Of a stretch of DNA of 64,000 nucleotides, positions 12,233 to 24,840 are shown one piece after another; position 1 is the first letter of the stretch; each line of letters starts with the position of its first letter. The position numbers were made by a program, and so were the translations under genes. The stretch is from Parasitella parasitica NRRL 2501 (taxonomy: Eukaryota > Fungi > Mucoromycota), in assembly GCA_025201805.1 (NCBI GenBank), contig MU619238.1:261970-325969 (forward strand), written 5' to 3'. A model generated the notes under the pieces. The model did no database searches. It saw nothing but the letters and a program-made list of their open reading frames with translations, and had not been told where the DNA came from.

Positions 12233-13987
12233 ATAAACCTTTATTTTTTTTTTTTTGAGAAGATGAAAAAACACGAAGCGAAGCAAGTATAGGATCAACA
12301 AACTTGAAATCATACCCTCAAATTTTATAAAAATTGATGATTTCTGTATTACAACACTTCAAAATATACTGATGTCGGTAATGCTTAAAATTTGAAGTTA
12401 CATCGATATACGACTATCATCAAGCTATTCTTTTGTTATGTCAAAAACCTTTGTAAAATAAAGCAGCCAAAAGAATCACACTATATTATGGATATATCCT
12501 TTAGACCATCTAAGATTTGTGGAATATAAATTAGAAATACTTATGACTTGCCTCAGATACCATCACTATAAAAGGCCTATGAGATGACCTTGATATAAAA
12601 TCTTTCACAAAAACAAATCATGTAGATATAAATTTTTTACTGACAGAAGTGGATAGCGCTGAGATGTCGCTATCTTTTCCAAGCTCGATCATTGTCCCAT
12701 GGTTTCATTAGCAGATGTCAAGAAGAGAAAATATCTGTTAATTAAAATCAAAACTGTTTTTGTACATAACTGCAATGAAATAATACCGTTTATTATCATA
12801 TATCATCATTATATATGCGTGTTAAAATATACCCCATCATAATCTGATATTGTATTCATCAAATGAGTTTATATTGCTTTGAAATCTGCGAGGATTGATT
12901 TCCATCAACAATGATAATTCAAAGCCCCTTACAACTTCAACATCCATACCACTAAATGATACTTGAAATTAAAATGCTCCTTTTCATAAATGGCCAAACT
13001 ATGGTTATACGGGGCGATCTGACAGGAAAAACAAAAACACGTGATTATATTTCAAACTCAGAAATAAAAAACAAATAAACGTTTAATAGAGACATCGCCC
13101 AGTGGAAATCAAGTTATGCTCAAATAGTGATGATCTCGCTTACATCATATAATTCTATAAAGTACCTTAATTTGAATTTTTTTTAATTAATAGTTGTAGA
13201 TCGGCTTTTATTATACTATCTAACTTTTTTAAGGTTAAGCATGGTAATTAACAGCAACAATATAAAAATTCGTCAAATAATGAAGGTTTGATAATTGATA
13301 ATAATAAAAGTTATGTTTATTGTGCTAGAACTTGCATGGCTCAATACAAAACGTATAACCCAACATAATTTATGCAACTTTATATTTGACTGAAATAAAT
13401 ACAACACAATTTAGACTTAACATGTCCTCCGTCTAAGTGCATTTAATCCATTGCAATAATGCTTAAATATTATAGAGGGAGACGCATTCTTCCTCAGTTT
13501 AGCAAAAGGTATTTATGATTAGTAACAAGGAGTCAAACCCGAATGCAAAGACGCAAGCTGCTTTTTATTGGCAGTTCGACGAGGACAAGATAACGCCTAC
13601 TGTTTGTATGCATTTTATAGATGATATAGACGGGTATGATAAGTCTGAAAAAATGAATATATTGTAAGACGGTGATGCAGAAGAAGTTGGGTTTGGAAAG
13701 AGCACAACTTTATATGAACATGTAAAATGAAAAATATAACACAATTTGTGGCATATAAGAATTATTCACATAGCCCTCTTGAATGTTCTACATTCAACAT
13801 GTTGTTGAAACGGCAAAAAGCCGAGACAAAAAAAACAGCAAACTGTTAATGAAGGATTATTTGTGCTAAATTTTAATTCGTTTAAAAATTATTTTGGCCA
13901 TTTTTGTCGAATTTAGTCTGAAAGTATAAAAAAGTTTCTTCCTTTATCTTGTTCATATCTTTTACTTTCTATAAACTGAAAATTAAG

Positions 13988-15115
13988 ATGACTGATAAGG
14001 ATAACATCCAGGAAATGAAGTTTGAAATTCGTAAATTTTCTCTTTGTTTTTAGCGACGTTTTATGATGCAAAAGAGAAATTAATCCATTATTAGATATTC
14101 CTGATGTAATTGCTCATCGTGGCTTCTCTGCCGAGAATCCGGAAAATACACTCATCTCCTACGAAACTGCTGTAAAATCTGGGACGACAGCTTTGGAAGG
14201 AGGTTTGTTAATGTTTATGTATATGTTTATGTATATGTTATGTAATATTAATGACATTATTTCAGATATTCGTTTGAGCAAGGATGATGAAATTGTAATG
14301 ATGCATGACTTGACATTAAACAGAACATCTACTGGGTTGGGTGCGGTTCGAGAACAAAACTGGCATGGCTACATAGATGGTATCACTACCAAGGCAGAGC
14401 CTGCGCAGCCTATTCCTCGGTTTAATGACGTGCTAGACTTTCTTATCCGTCCAGAAATCAGCGAAGGAAATAAAGAGCTATATATGATCGTGGATATCAA
14501 GGTATTTAAGTGCTCTATTTACAACATTTTTCTGTGGTACATTATATGTACTCTTTTTTTTTTTTCTAGTTTGATAATCCCATTGAAATCTTGGATATCC
14601 TCAAACAATTATTGGATACTTATACAGAAAGATACCCTAAATTATTCGATCAATTGGTTATTGGCATTTGGAACACGGAGTATTTGAAAAGGGCCAAGGA
14701 GCTCTTCTCCAAATTCAGACTTTGCTTCATTGGAGTGTCTGTGCCTGCGGCCCGTGCACATTTCATTGATAACGTGGATTGTCTTAGTTTACCCTTTGCC
14801 GCATTAGCTGGCAACGACGGCCAATCAGTCATTAAAGAAGCTCACACAAAGAAAAAACGTGTATTTACATGGACAATCAACGACCCTGAGCAAATGAAGA
14901 CGTGTGTTCTATGGCAGGTGGATGGTGTGATTGGCGATAATGTTACTTTAATGCTGGAAAATGTTCAACATGCCCCAAGGTCACTTAGCAGTATGCAAGA
15001 ATATCAAGCATTCGTTGCCACGGACACCTATCTGGCACCTAAAAGAAGACGTGTGTACTATTATCTCGTAAAAAAGGCTATGCAATTGGCAAGTTGGAAG
15101 ATTATTGGTGTTTGA
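13988..15115 (+). CDS. Glycerophosphodiester phosphodiesterase / PLC-like phosphodiesterase (Pgc1-like)
   Basis: IAHRGFSAENPENTL; E-G-D-I-R-L-S-K-D across an intron; MMHD; DIK; VFTWTIND; VDGVIGD motifs. Confidence 0.9.
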
Positions 15116-15134
15116 AATCAATATCATTTTATTA

Positions 15135-16043
15135 TTATAAAAATCTACGTCTTTTGTGCCTTATGGGCCTATTGCCATGCCTGGGCCTCGTTGGGTTATT
15201 ATTGTAGGTAGACGGATAAAATATAATCTTAGCTTGGTATTTCTGCAAAAGTTGCTTTGCTAGTAGCCGCATCTGTGCCGGCGTGAACTTCAAATATTCG
15301 TCATCTCTGCAAATGATATCGATTGGATTCGCATTGTCATAGTATTCTTCATCTGAAGACTCCCTTTTTCTTTTAGTGTTGATATTTCCTGAATGATCTA
15401 TTATTGGAAAATTCTCGTTATAATCAGTTTCAGACAATGTGATCGAATCTCGTGGTGGGCCGACTATCCTCAGGCACAGCTCTATTGTGCTTAAATCCCC
15501 TGTATACAGTAGTTTGGTAAATATAGATTGATATGTTTTGGAAGAGCGAAGCTTATGTCTATGCGGAATACTAGAAGCGATGATCCCGTTGAATATATTC
15601 TTTGCAAAGGAACGTTGTTGATGGAAAAGAAAATTTTTCTTCTTTTCATCCACAAGCGGCATTGGTACAGCAGGTTTTTTGTTTTCACTGTTATCTATGC
15701 GTAGCAATTCCAGAAAGAGTCCAGGATTTGCGTTCATGATTGCATGAATGATAGACCAGCCTCGAATGAATGAAGTGTCCTTTTGATAAGCAGCTATAAA
15801 ATGTTCTAATACAATCTCTCTTATTTTCTCGGGTATTTCTAGGATATTGTAAAGTGTAAACAATAGTAAGACGCCTGTCTGGTTTTTATGGCCAAGATTG
15901 AAGCGATTGTGGAGGTATTGTATCACAGAGGATGAGTTCAGACTTTGATAAAGTGCTCGGCAAGTCTGCGAGTATTGAATATAGGTTTTAAACGATAGAT
16001 GATTTGAGATGAGAAGAGCTACTTCTGTTGGCAATTTTTCCAT
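15135..16043 (-). CDS. F-box domain protein
   Basis: N-terminal MEKLPTEVALLISNHLSFKTYIQYSQTCRALY fits the F-box pattern; basic C-terminus; likely ATG at 16043. Confidence 0.7.
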   Translation of the reverse strand: MEKLPTEVALLISNHLSFKTYIQYSQTCRALYQSLNSSSVIQYLHNRFNLGHKNQTGVLLLFTLYNILEIPEKIREIVLEHFIAAYQKDTSFIRGWSIIHAIMNANPGLFLELLRIDNSENKKPAVPMPLVDEKKKNFLFHQQRSFAKNIFNGIIASSIPHRHKLRSSKTYQSIFTKLLYTGDLSTIELCLRIVGPPRDSITLSETDYNENFPIIDHSGNINTKRKRESSDEEYYDNANPIDIICRDDEYLKFTPAQMRLLAKQLLQKYQAKIIFYPSTYNNNPTRPRHGNRPIRHKRRRFL

Positions 16044-16195
16044 GACGGCAAGAGTGAAGGGTGCCTGAATAGAACAAGAAATAATAAGGAAAAAGTGAAA
16101 AATGTGTTCATTCATCATTTTCTCAATGGGTTTGGTTTTTAATTGGAGTGAACATGTGTGCATGTATGGTATGCATTGTTTAGGAGATTCTTGAG

Positions 16196-18753
16196 TCAGT
16201 TTATTGTTTGTTGTTGCAGCAGTTTCATTCCAAGACTCTTTAATTTTGCGAAGTCGCTCAGATGGTCTTTTCGTTGATCGTTGATAATCGAAAAGTGCAC
16301 AATATCAAGCAGCTCTTTTTCCTGCTGGGAAAGAGAGGGTCGAATTTCATTCAAGATGACTGGCACAAATTTACCAGTTACATACAAGGGAATGTTGAAC
16401 ACTTTTTGGAATATTAACAAAGAGATGAGATGAAGCATTTGCGGCGCTGTTTGTTCAGATACTGACAACTCCTGTAATTGTTGGAATAGCTGTTTGTTGG
16501 TCGTGTCATTTGATGTCTTTTTGATCTGAGTGGAGCTCAATGGAGGCTGATGACTATATAGATTCTGTTTGTCTTGAATCAAGACGGATGTTATAAATTG
16601 ATCCAACTTTTTGTCTTTCAGCAATTTTTCTATTTCTACCACTGACGTATTATCGTATCTATGGTCATTTTCTCTTATAAAGTATGATATGACGCACTTC
16701 TGTTGTTTGGTATCGACTATTCTTTGGTTTTCAATGTCTTCCAGCTTGATACAAAGTGATGTTGATTGACTCACTTCTGCCTTGTTGTAGGATTGATCCA
16801 AAACTAGGTAAATGACCAAGTGATAAAGAAATTCTGTGCATTGATTCCTAAGTATATATTTCTGCAAACTTTTCTGGGCGGCAGTGTCCTGAAATAACTC
16901 CTTTGCTTGGTAGTTAAAGTAAATCGACTGTCTGAGGCTTTCAAGTTTTTTAAGCTCCAGAGTTTTCTGTTGAATGATCCACTCGTCTCCAGAAACAATA
17001 GCCTCTGTCTCTATAAAAGGCGTTTGCAATACATCTGAAAATTGTGCCAGCATTGAGTTTCTGCAGATTGGGAGTAACCTTTCAGCAATATTGCGAGGAC
17101 AATCAAGGCTTTCAAAGGCTTTGATAATCTAACTCTACAATTAGTATTACCCTACAAATTGTTCGCGTCAACTTTACATACATCATTGTCGCTCAATCCA
17201 ATGTTGTTATTTGAATAATTTTTGTTTAATTTTTGCTTCAAAGTTCGAGATAAATTCCTCAGATAATTGTTGGATCCAGAAACCAAATGCTGCACATATT
17301 CAGCACTAATAATATATCCACCATCCAAGTATACCAGTTTGCTGCTGCTACCATCATTCTTGTTGCTGATCTCTGATAAGATAATATTCACCACCATATT
17401 CACATCTTCAAATGTCAAAATAGCCGGTAATACATCCTGCCGCCAAACAAATTACTTTTTAATGACAGTGTTGAGGGCCCATCATGCTTACTCACATTCA
17501 CATCACAGTATTTAGAGATACCCTCTAATGTTTCTTTGGCAGCATATTTCACAGTGGACTTGATAAAGCATGAGTTCAATTGCAAAAATGAGTCTTTGTC
17601 ATAACTGTCCGTAATCAAATCTGCAGGACTAGTAAAAGTGTACAAATTCTCAATGGTACTGCAACCTAAAGAATGTTGAGCAACCATCTTTGAGGCACTC
17701 CATTGTCAAACTTACTGATGCAATCATTAGAATCGAATATAGACCTAATCAGTGATAGCTGCCTCGCCTTGTAGCTATTAGGTTCAAAAATTGCTCGACT
17801 TCTTTTACCACGTAGCAATCCCAAGTCAAAATTCTCGTCCTTGACAATTTGCTCCAAAAGTACTACATAATTATGATTAGTTGGTGTTTGCTGTGCTCTT
17901 GTAGTACTCGTTACATTACAATAAAACATGTCTTCTTGTATGTCTTGAGATTTTTGAAGTTTAAACATAGGGTAGGGTCTGCATGATGTTGAAAGTTACT
18001 ATGTCAATAAAAAAAAAAAGAAGCTAGCGGTATATGCCCAAACTTACTCGTCATATAGTTCCAATGCATTTAAAATTGACATCTTGCAATTGTCTATATA
18101 TGTCTTTGTGGAAACTACGTCCGGTACTTGCGAATACCGAACATAATCGTCATCCACACTCGTATTATTGTCGAAGATCTGTGATATAGTCGTTGATATA
18201 TAAAACATTCGAGGCTTGCTTCTTATATCGACTTACTGATTTCAACAAGCTATAAGGAAGCTTCATACGTTGCGTTTGCGCGATGATAGACAGTGATCCA
18301 GATTCAACGATTTGTGATCTCAAGTCTCTTTCAACATCTCGGACAAAGTTCCTGTATTATTGCATCAGTTCTGATGCAGTGCTCTCGAGCAAGGAAGTCT
18401 TACTGGGTCAATATCAAATCGTCAAACACGGTCCATCTCTTGTTAGCTGACATTCGTTGAATAATTCGATTGACATTGGTTTGTTCAATGCAGAAATGCT
18501 CTGCTATATTTTCCACGTTAATTTTCCCTGTATATTTTTCATTTGTTAGCATTAGAGTTTATACAAACGTGCATACAATCGGTATGGTGCTCTACTAACC
18601 ATTCTTCTCGACGAGCTCGGCGATTTTTTCCTCTAGATACTGTGCACTGCAGTAATATTCACCATCTAGCGTCTTTATAATGTCTTTCAATAGTCCTTTT
18701 TCACAACCCAGTTGTATAAATTGCACAAACAAACTAGCAGGAATTGCTGTCAT
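16196..18753 (-). CDS. UFL1: E3 UFM1-protein ligase 1 homolog (divergent), many introns
   Basis: Spliced N-terminus DIIKTLDGEYYCSAQYLEEKIAELVEKNG/KINVENIA...ESGSLSI...KLP parallels UFL1 VVHTLDGKEYITPAQ...GGRVNIVDL...ESGQVTI...DLP (recalled); C-terminal LIFQKVFNIPLYVTGKFVPVIL parallels the UFL1 LHAxGxxV motif. Confidence 0.72.
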
Positions 18754-19297
18754 TTATGATGAGAAGAGAGATGAGCGAATTAGCAAATACTTGCTCCCAC
18801 AGGTCAACTATAGTAGCACAGTATGTTGTGACTCAACTGGATGCCAGTCTACAAACTCCATTTTAGTGGAATAAATAGGTATCTGCATGATGTGCATGCA
18901 ATTTAATAAAGCGTACAATGCTACTGTTCATTGTTTAGACATGAGCTTACCATTAACAATAAGAAGAAAGGTAATTTATTCATTAATTGGCAATGACAAG
19001 AAATAGTATCTTTCTTACAATTAGCTATCATTGTTGAGATTTTTCTTCGCTGTTATAAAGCATGTACGTATTCATAGTTTCTACTGGTGAAAGCTGTATT
19101 TGAAGAATCATCTGGTTTTTTATCATTTTTTTTGCATTGATGAATGTCCTCCGTGTATTATGTCTATTTGTACAGTATGAAGACCGAAAATTCCGAGCTT
19201 TTTTCAATGTTATGTTGATAACCCCTCTCATTTTTGATTCGACTTAATTCATTCTTTCTTTTCTCTTTCTCTCTCTCTTACTTGTAAAGAAAAATAA

Positions 19298-20389
19298 ATG
19301 TCTAAAATATCACTCAAGCGATTGAATCAAAAGCCTTTTCTTTTGATTACCAGCATACTAGCACTGGTACAGTTTACATAAACGAGTTGCATAATGGAAT
19401 AATAGTCTGATCTAATGTATGGACGATGTCTAGTGTGGCTGGATTGTAGCATTTGGTGGAGCATGCATGTTAAAAGTGCTAAACGGCGCATGGTGGGTCA
19501 TGGTTTATCAGCTATGTATTACGCTTGGCCACTTGATGGTGTTCATGTCAGGCTCAGTTGCACAATACAGAATGGCAGTGAGTTGCAGTTATACATTGAT
19601 TAGAAAATATGTGAATGTAGTTGACATTGAAATTCATTTTGCATGTACCTAGATGATGACATTTTTGGCATCAAGTATCCCGCTGCTAACAATACAGGTC
19701 GATTATGTGATCCAGTACACTAAATCCAATATTCCAAAGATTCCAGCAACCGCTTACGTCTCTGGATATATTATTTTACTGACGGTACAGTACATGTGGG
19801 TACTTGTGCTAGGCAGCGATAAATCGACGTTTTTTGGCAGACTGGGACATTTAGAGCAACCACAGTCTCAAGAACAAGCATTTGAGCCAGAATTTTATTC
19901 AGAAAAACAAAACAATGAATCTAGACAGCCGCAGCCAAACAGTGCTACACTAAATAAAGCTTCATGTATGTAATTACAGTTGATTTGGAGCTTACCTATT
20001 ATACGCGGCTAAAAAGAATCTAGATCCTCTCCACTCTACGACTTCAGTAAATACGATTGCAGCCATCCAGAAGCCCCCTTCAGGCCCAGTCGAGTATACA
20101 GAAAAAGTGCAGGCGCTTCATGCATGTAAGGCTTATCGATGATGTGTATAATGCGTGTTTTAATTTAACTGTATTTTTAGATAATGCCAGTGCACAAGAT
20201 CCCAATGAACTGAGCTTTGAAAAGGGGGAAGTGTTGGAAATTGTCGATAGAAAGGGAAACTGGTGGCATGCACGTAAAAGCAACGGCGCCGTCGGTATTG
20301 TCCCAAGCAATTATGTGAGTATTATGTTGGAGCGTTTCTGTTGTTTGCGTTTGCTGACTAAATTCTACCAGTTTGCTCAACATTTCTGA
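19298..20389 (+). CDS. SHO1: Sho1-like osmosensor (4 TM segments + SH3), multi-exon
   Basis: Hydrophobic N-terminal exons (WLIVAFGG, AWWVMVYQL, GYIILLTVQYMWVLVLGS); C-terminal SH3 DPNELSFEKGEVLEIVDRKGNWWHARKSNGAVGIVPSNY. Confidence 0.85.
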
Positions 20390-20509
20390 TGCTATGTAAC
20401 CGACTAGTTGGCATAAGAATACAGCTGCAGAAAGGCAAGCCTTCACGTGTTTTCATAGCAGAATAAAGAAATTCAATCATGAAAGATTTATTTTTAACAA
20501 CATCAAATA

Positions 20510-20884
20510 TTAAGCTATCCAGATAGGCTTAGAATGAGGTGGGTAAAACGAGGGAGTGGCTGTCGCAGTCATCACCTCAGGCTTTGTAAACAATGCTCTA
20601 TTTGAGGTGGTTGATGGTGCGTAGGCTGGAAATGAGACGTAGGTTTTTTCAAATACGGACTCTGTAGCAATTGACGATTTGCTGCAGAAAGAGTCTGCTG
20701 AATAAATCGAACTAGGTGCGTATCGAAAGTCGTCTTGATCTTGTTGATTCACAGAATCAATTGAATAGAGCGACGTCTGATACAGCGCCTTACTTTGGAA
20801 GCTTGTGTTGTTTTCTGTTGGGTTCAATTTAGACGCAATACGTTGGATAAATTGACTGATGAGAGATGATTGAGAGTTGAGCAT
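20510..20884 (-). CDS. Small Ser-rich hypothetical protein
   Basis: Intronless 124-aa ATG ORF, convergent with SHO1, pyrimidine-rich leader. Confidence 0.55.
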   Translation of the reverse strand: MLNSQSSLISQFIQRIASKLNPTENNTSFQSKALYQTSLYSIDSVNQQDQDDFRYAPSSIYSADSFCSKSSIATESVFEKTYVSFPAYAPSTTSNRALFTKPEVMTATATPSFYPPHSKPIWIA

Positions 20885-21251
20885 ATTACAAAGGTATGTG
20901 TGGTGTATTTAATGAAAGTGAGGGGTAAATGAATGTATGTATGGCGAAGAGAGATAAAGAAAAAGACAGAGATTACAAATCAGTGTTTAAATAGTAATCA
21001 ATGGCATTGTAGCGTTTTTGTACATATCCAGTAAATGTACAGATGTTTAGCACTATACTCAGGTGAGCTCATGTGGCAAAATTAAGATAGGTTTTCAGCA
21101 TGTGTATTTTGATAGGTACACACGATATTTTATTTGAAAGTGGAAATATGGGGTCAAACACACAAGTATCAGGCCCAATAAATACTAATAGTTTTATAAA
21201 TTGCAAGTAAAATGGTATATATAAATATCTAGCTCTAATGTGTGTGCATAT

Positions 21252-22893
21252 TTAAAAGGCCTTTTTACTCAACTGTAATGACATGTTGGAAGCAACGTCG
21301 AGAGTCTTTAAGACTTCCATTGTTCCTTTCCAGAAGCCGGTGTCATGATAGTAGATTTCGTATTTCTTGCAAAGGGCCTTCACCATTGGTTTGACTTTAG
21401 GGAGGTTATGACGAGGCATGTTTGGGAAAACCTAATTACTCTTTCGATTTAGTAAAAATTAAATATCGCATTTTTGTTTACACAATTTACATGGTGCTCA
21501 ATCTGATAATTCAATCCGCCCATGAACCAGTCGCCCAAAGGAGAAAGAGTAACATCACGGCCTGTCACTACCTGAATTTCGAAAAACTCCATGTTCTCTG
21601 CCTTCTCTTCGCTGATCACTGGCATGCCATTATGATTCAACGCAAACACAAGGGCCAAAGTATAGCCAGTGGTGGCTTGACTTACTAGGAAGAAAAGAGC
21701 CATGTTGTAAAGGCTGCTGTTCCATGCAATGGTGCAGTAGGTGAAAATGGCCCAGTGAGAGATTAGACAAGCGCGTTCGTACAAATTGAGCTTGGCAGAT
21801 TTGTTGATGGCGCCCTTGTTGAAAGAATAGATAAAGGACTGCAGTGCCCAGGAGAAACGAGCAAAACCAAGAACAAAAAAGTAATAGCGAGTTTGATAAG
21901 GCAGTACGCTTTCGGCGATGAAGCGGGATAGCATAGTGGGCTCCTCGTCTAATGATCCATAGTAGGCAGCTGATGCGTACTCGTCCCATAGCAAAACTGG
22001 TGCGGTATCGATGTCGGGATCCTGGCCGTGAACATTGGTGCTGGCATGATGTGTATTGTGTTTGTTCTTCCACCTATTGCGCTTGCCTTAGTATACAGTT
22101 TCCGTAAAAGTTTACACACTTACCATGACAACGAGAAGCCCTGACAAAAGTTACCAAGAAATACGACCAATACATCATTGAATGACCGATCCTCGAAACA
22201 TTGATGGTGCCCGAAATCGTGCGCCAACCAACCGCATTGTTGCCAAAAGATGCCAATCATAAAGGCAGAGACTACGACAGCCATTGTAGATGTGCGACCA
22301 TAGGCATACAACAGAGCAAGGCCTGCAGCGCAGAGACCCAATGTAGACAGTACCTTGTAAGCGTAATAGAGCTTGCTAGAGTGGAAGTAACCTTCCTTTC
22401 TGAGTCTGTCACGGAGATCACGCATTTCACTAGCAAATTTAGCAGAGTTTTCTGTTTCCTTATCGATAGGCTTAGTATCAGACTCCAAATCTCCAGCATA
22501 ATAATTGGCCAATACTTCGTAGGCTGAATCAGGATGCATAGCATGGAAGACATCTGTGGAGAAAATTGAGTTCAGGCCTGGTATTCGAAACAAGAAAATA
22601 ATACACTTGCCTGAAGCATCTTTTCCTACATGGGTAAGCAAGACATCTGCTCCGCCAGGATGGTCTTCAACGAATTCTGTGACATCGTAAAGCTTATCAT
22701 CAATGACTATGTACTTTTTAGCGTCTGGTTCGCCATCCTTTACAGCCTGATTGATCTTTTCAAACTCTTTTCTAGTAAAGATTTGGGGTTCTATTTTTTT
22801 TTTTTTTTTTAGTAACACAATGGGGAGAGAGAATTAGATATAGCAGCCAAACATTGGGGCACAAAAAAAGGCAGGCCTACCTGATGTAGTCAT
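21252..22893 (-). CDS. Delta-6 fatty acid desaturase (cytochrome b5 fusion)
   Basis: HPGG heme motif; His boxes HDFGHH, HNTHH and QIEHH (front-end desaturase); N-terminus resembles Mucorales delta-6 desaturases; short first exon ATG ACT ACA TCA G; stop ...SKKAF* at 21252. Confidence 0.93.
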
Positions 22894-23282
22894 TTTGATC
22901 ACCGTTTATATCAATAGAAATTGGCTAGTTAGAAAGACTTGTATTGCTGTGGGACGATGGATTGAATTGACCCAAATCAAATAAAAAAAAACAAGAGGAG
23001 GAAGAGAGAGAGAGAGAGGGAAAGAGCTTTTTTTTAAAAAAAATCAAGAGTATTTAAACTTGTCGTACACTCAATATGCGGGGTTCTCTGTATTCGCTAG
23101 TTTTAGTGTGATCAGTTTTGGTTGGTTGCCTTCAGGTACAATCGTTGTTTGTGTTGATTGGAAAATGAGGGCGGTCATATCCAATCACTAATGGCATTTA
23201 TTTAGTGCTAAAAATCGACATACGATAATTATCAACAGGCCATGTGCACAAGTAAATTTCACATGTAAATAAGAGGGCTTGA

Positions 23283-24255
23283 TCAACTACATCCCGTCAG
23301 ATCATGAGATTGTGATAAGAGGGTAGTTTGGCTTCGAATGGGCTTGATGGCATCTGTAGATGTCTCCAGGGCTTGGCTGGACTGCATTCTGTAAATTTCT
23401 ATTTGGACGGTGGCTAACATTAATTTCATATTGCCATTACTAATTGCATGATGGAATTGATTACTTTACCAGCCAATGTGCTCTGGAAAGAAACTTCTAC
23501 ATTACTCGCACTCAGGGCAGATGTCTCAATGAATGATAGCCCATTTTCGGCTTTCATCAAGGATAAAAAATTTTAGCCATTTGGAACAATGCATCAATGT
23601 AGTCTCCCTTACATGCAAATTGCTTAGCCTCCTCTGTGGGCACTGCTCTCGCGTGTCCTATATCACTCTTGTTGCCTACAAGCGCAATGACAATATCCGG
23701 ATCGGCATGTTTTCGGAGGTCTGTTAGCCAACGACCCACGCTTTTAAATGTAGAACGCTGGGATATGTCATACACTAACAATGCTCCAACTGCACCATGA
23801 TAATAGCTGTGTAATTGGGTTATTAGATAAAGGCAAAGTTATGTGTATATATAGGCATGTACAAGGATGCTATACGTACGCGTTCGGAAGTTCTCTCACA
23901 CGCTCGTGGCCAGCTGTGATAAGTTTCAGGATTACTGTGTGTACGACTACCCCTTTATTTCTTCTCTCTGCCTTGGTAATATACGGTACCTGTATCCCAT
24001 ATTTGAGTCTTGATGTCCTTACCATCGAGTTTGATATTTGCAACAACAAATTCTATGCCCAGAGTGCTTTTCGGCTCAAGATTAAACTCGTTCCGAGTAA
24101 ATCTCATCATAAGATTGGTCTTTCCTACACCACTATCACCAATCATAACAACTGTTCAGGATTTAAGCTTATTATTGTACATGTATTTGTGGTAGAGTCA
24201 TTGGCAGCTTTTTACCTTTGAACAAATAATCATAAGCTGGAACACTACTTTTCAT
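23283..24255 (-). CDS. Divergent Rab11/Ypt31-like small GTPase
   Basis: Spliced [27 protein letters not shown]...STLGIEF...WDT/AGHER...GNKSD...ETSAL; ends DLTGCS*. Confidence 0.88.
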
Positions 24256-24840
24256 ATTTTAACGCGCAATAATAATGAATTTGAAAGAAATGCAAACGAG
24301 AATGGGGAAGGCGAAGATCTTTATTTACGTGTTTGTAGAAACTGGATGCATAACGTCAAGTGGCTGTGGATAAAAAGAGGGTGGATGCAAATTTGCAGTG
24401 TTCAGCGTTTTCAAACCTGGGTATCCGACCAATTGTGTTGTAATCAAAACATTGCAGCAGGAACCTCACAATGCTTGGCTTTTACATGATCAATTTATTA
24501 GGGGTTTTGTGACAAAAAGAACAAACGAAAACGTACTCTGATTAGGTGTTTTTCGATGAATCTGAGGCAGTAACATGTCAACATTAGCGACAAGCAATAC
24601 ATTGCAAACCTGCGCTGGATGGTAAATGCTTGATGTTTGTACATGCACATACTCGATTGGAGCATTTCGAACTTATTGCGAATATTATCGTTGATGGTTT
24701 ACATCTCTTTATTTCACAATTATGAGGCAGTAAACAGCCAAACAGCGACCCCAGATCTTGTTTTGAAATCTCGGCGCGCGCAGTTTTCAACAGTGTCAAA
24801 AAGACTTTTTTACAATCTAAAATCATACCATTTGGCATTC

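Noticed and set aside
12300-13900. Long ORF-free intergenic region as a possible ncRNA or TE locus
   Set aside because: No TIRs, tRNA boxes, convincing C/D box pairs or repeats found by eye
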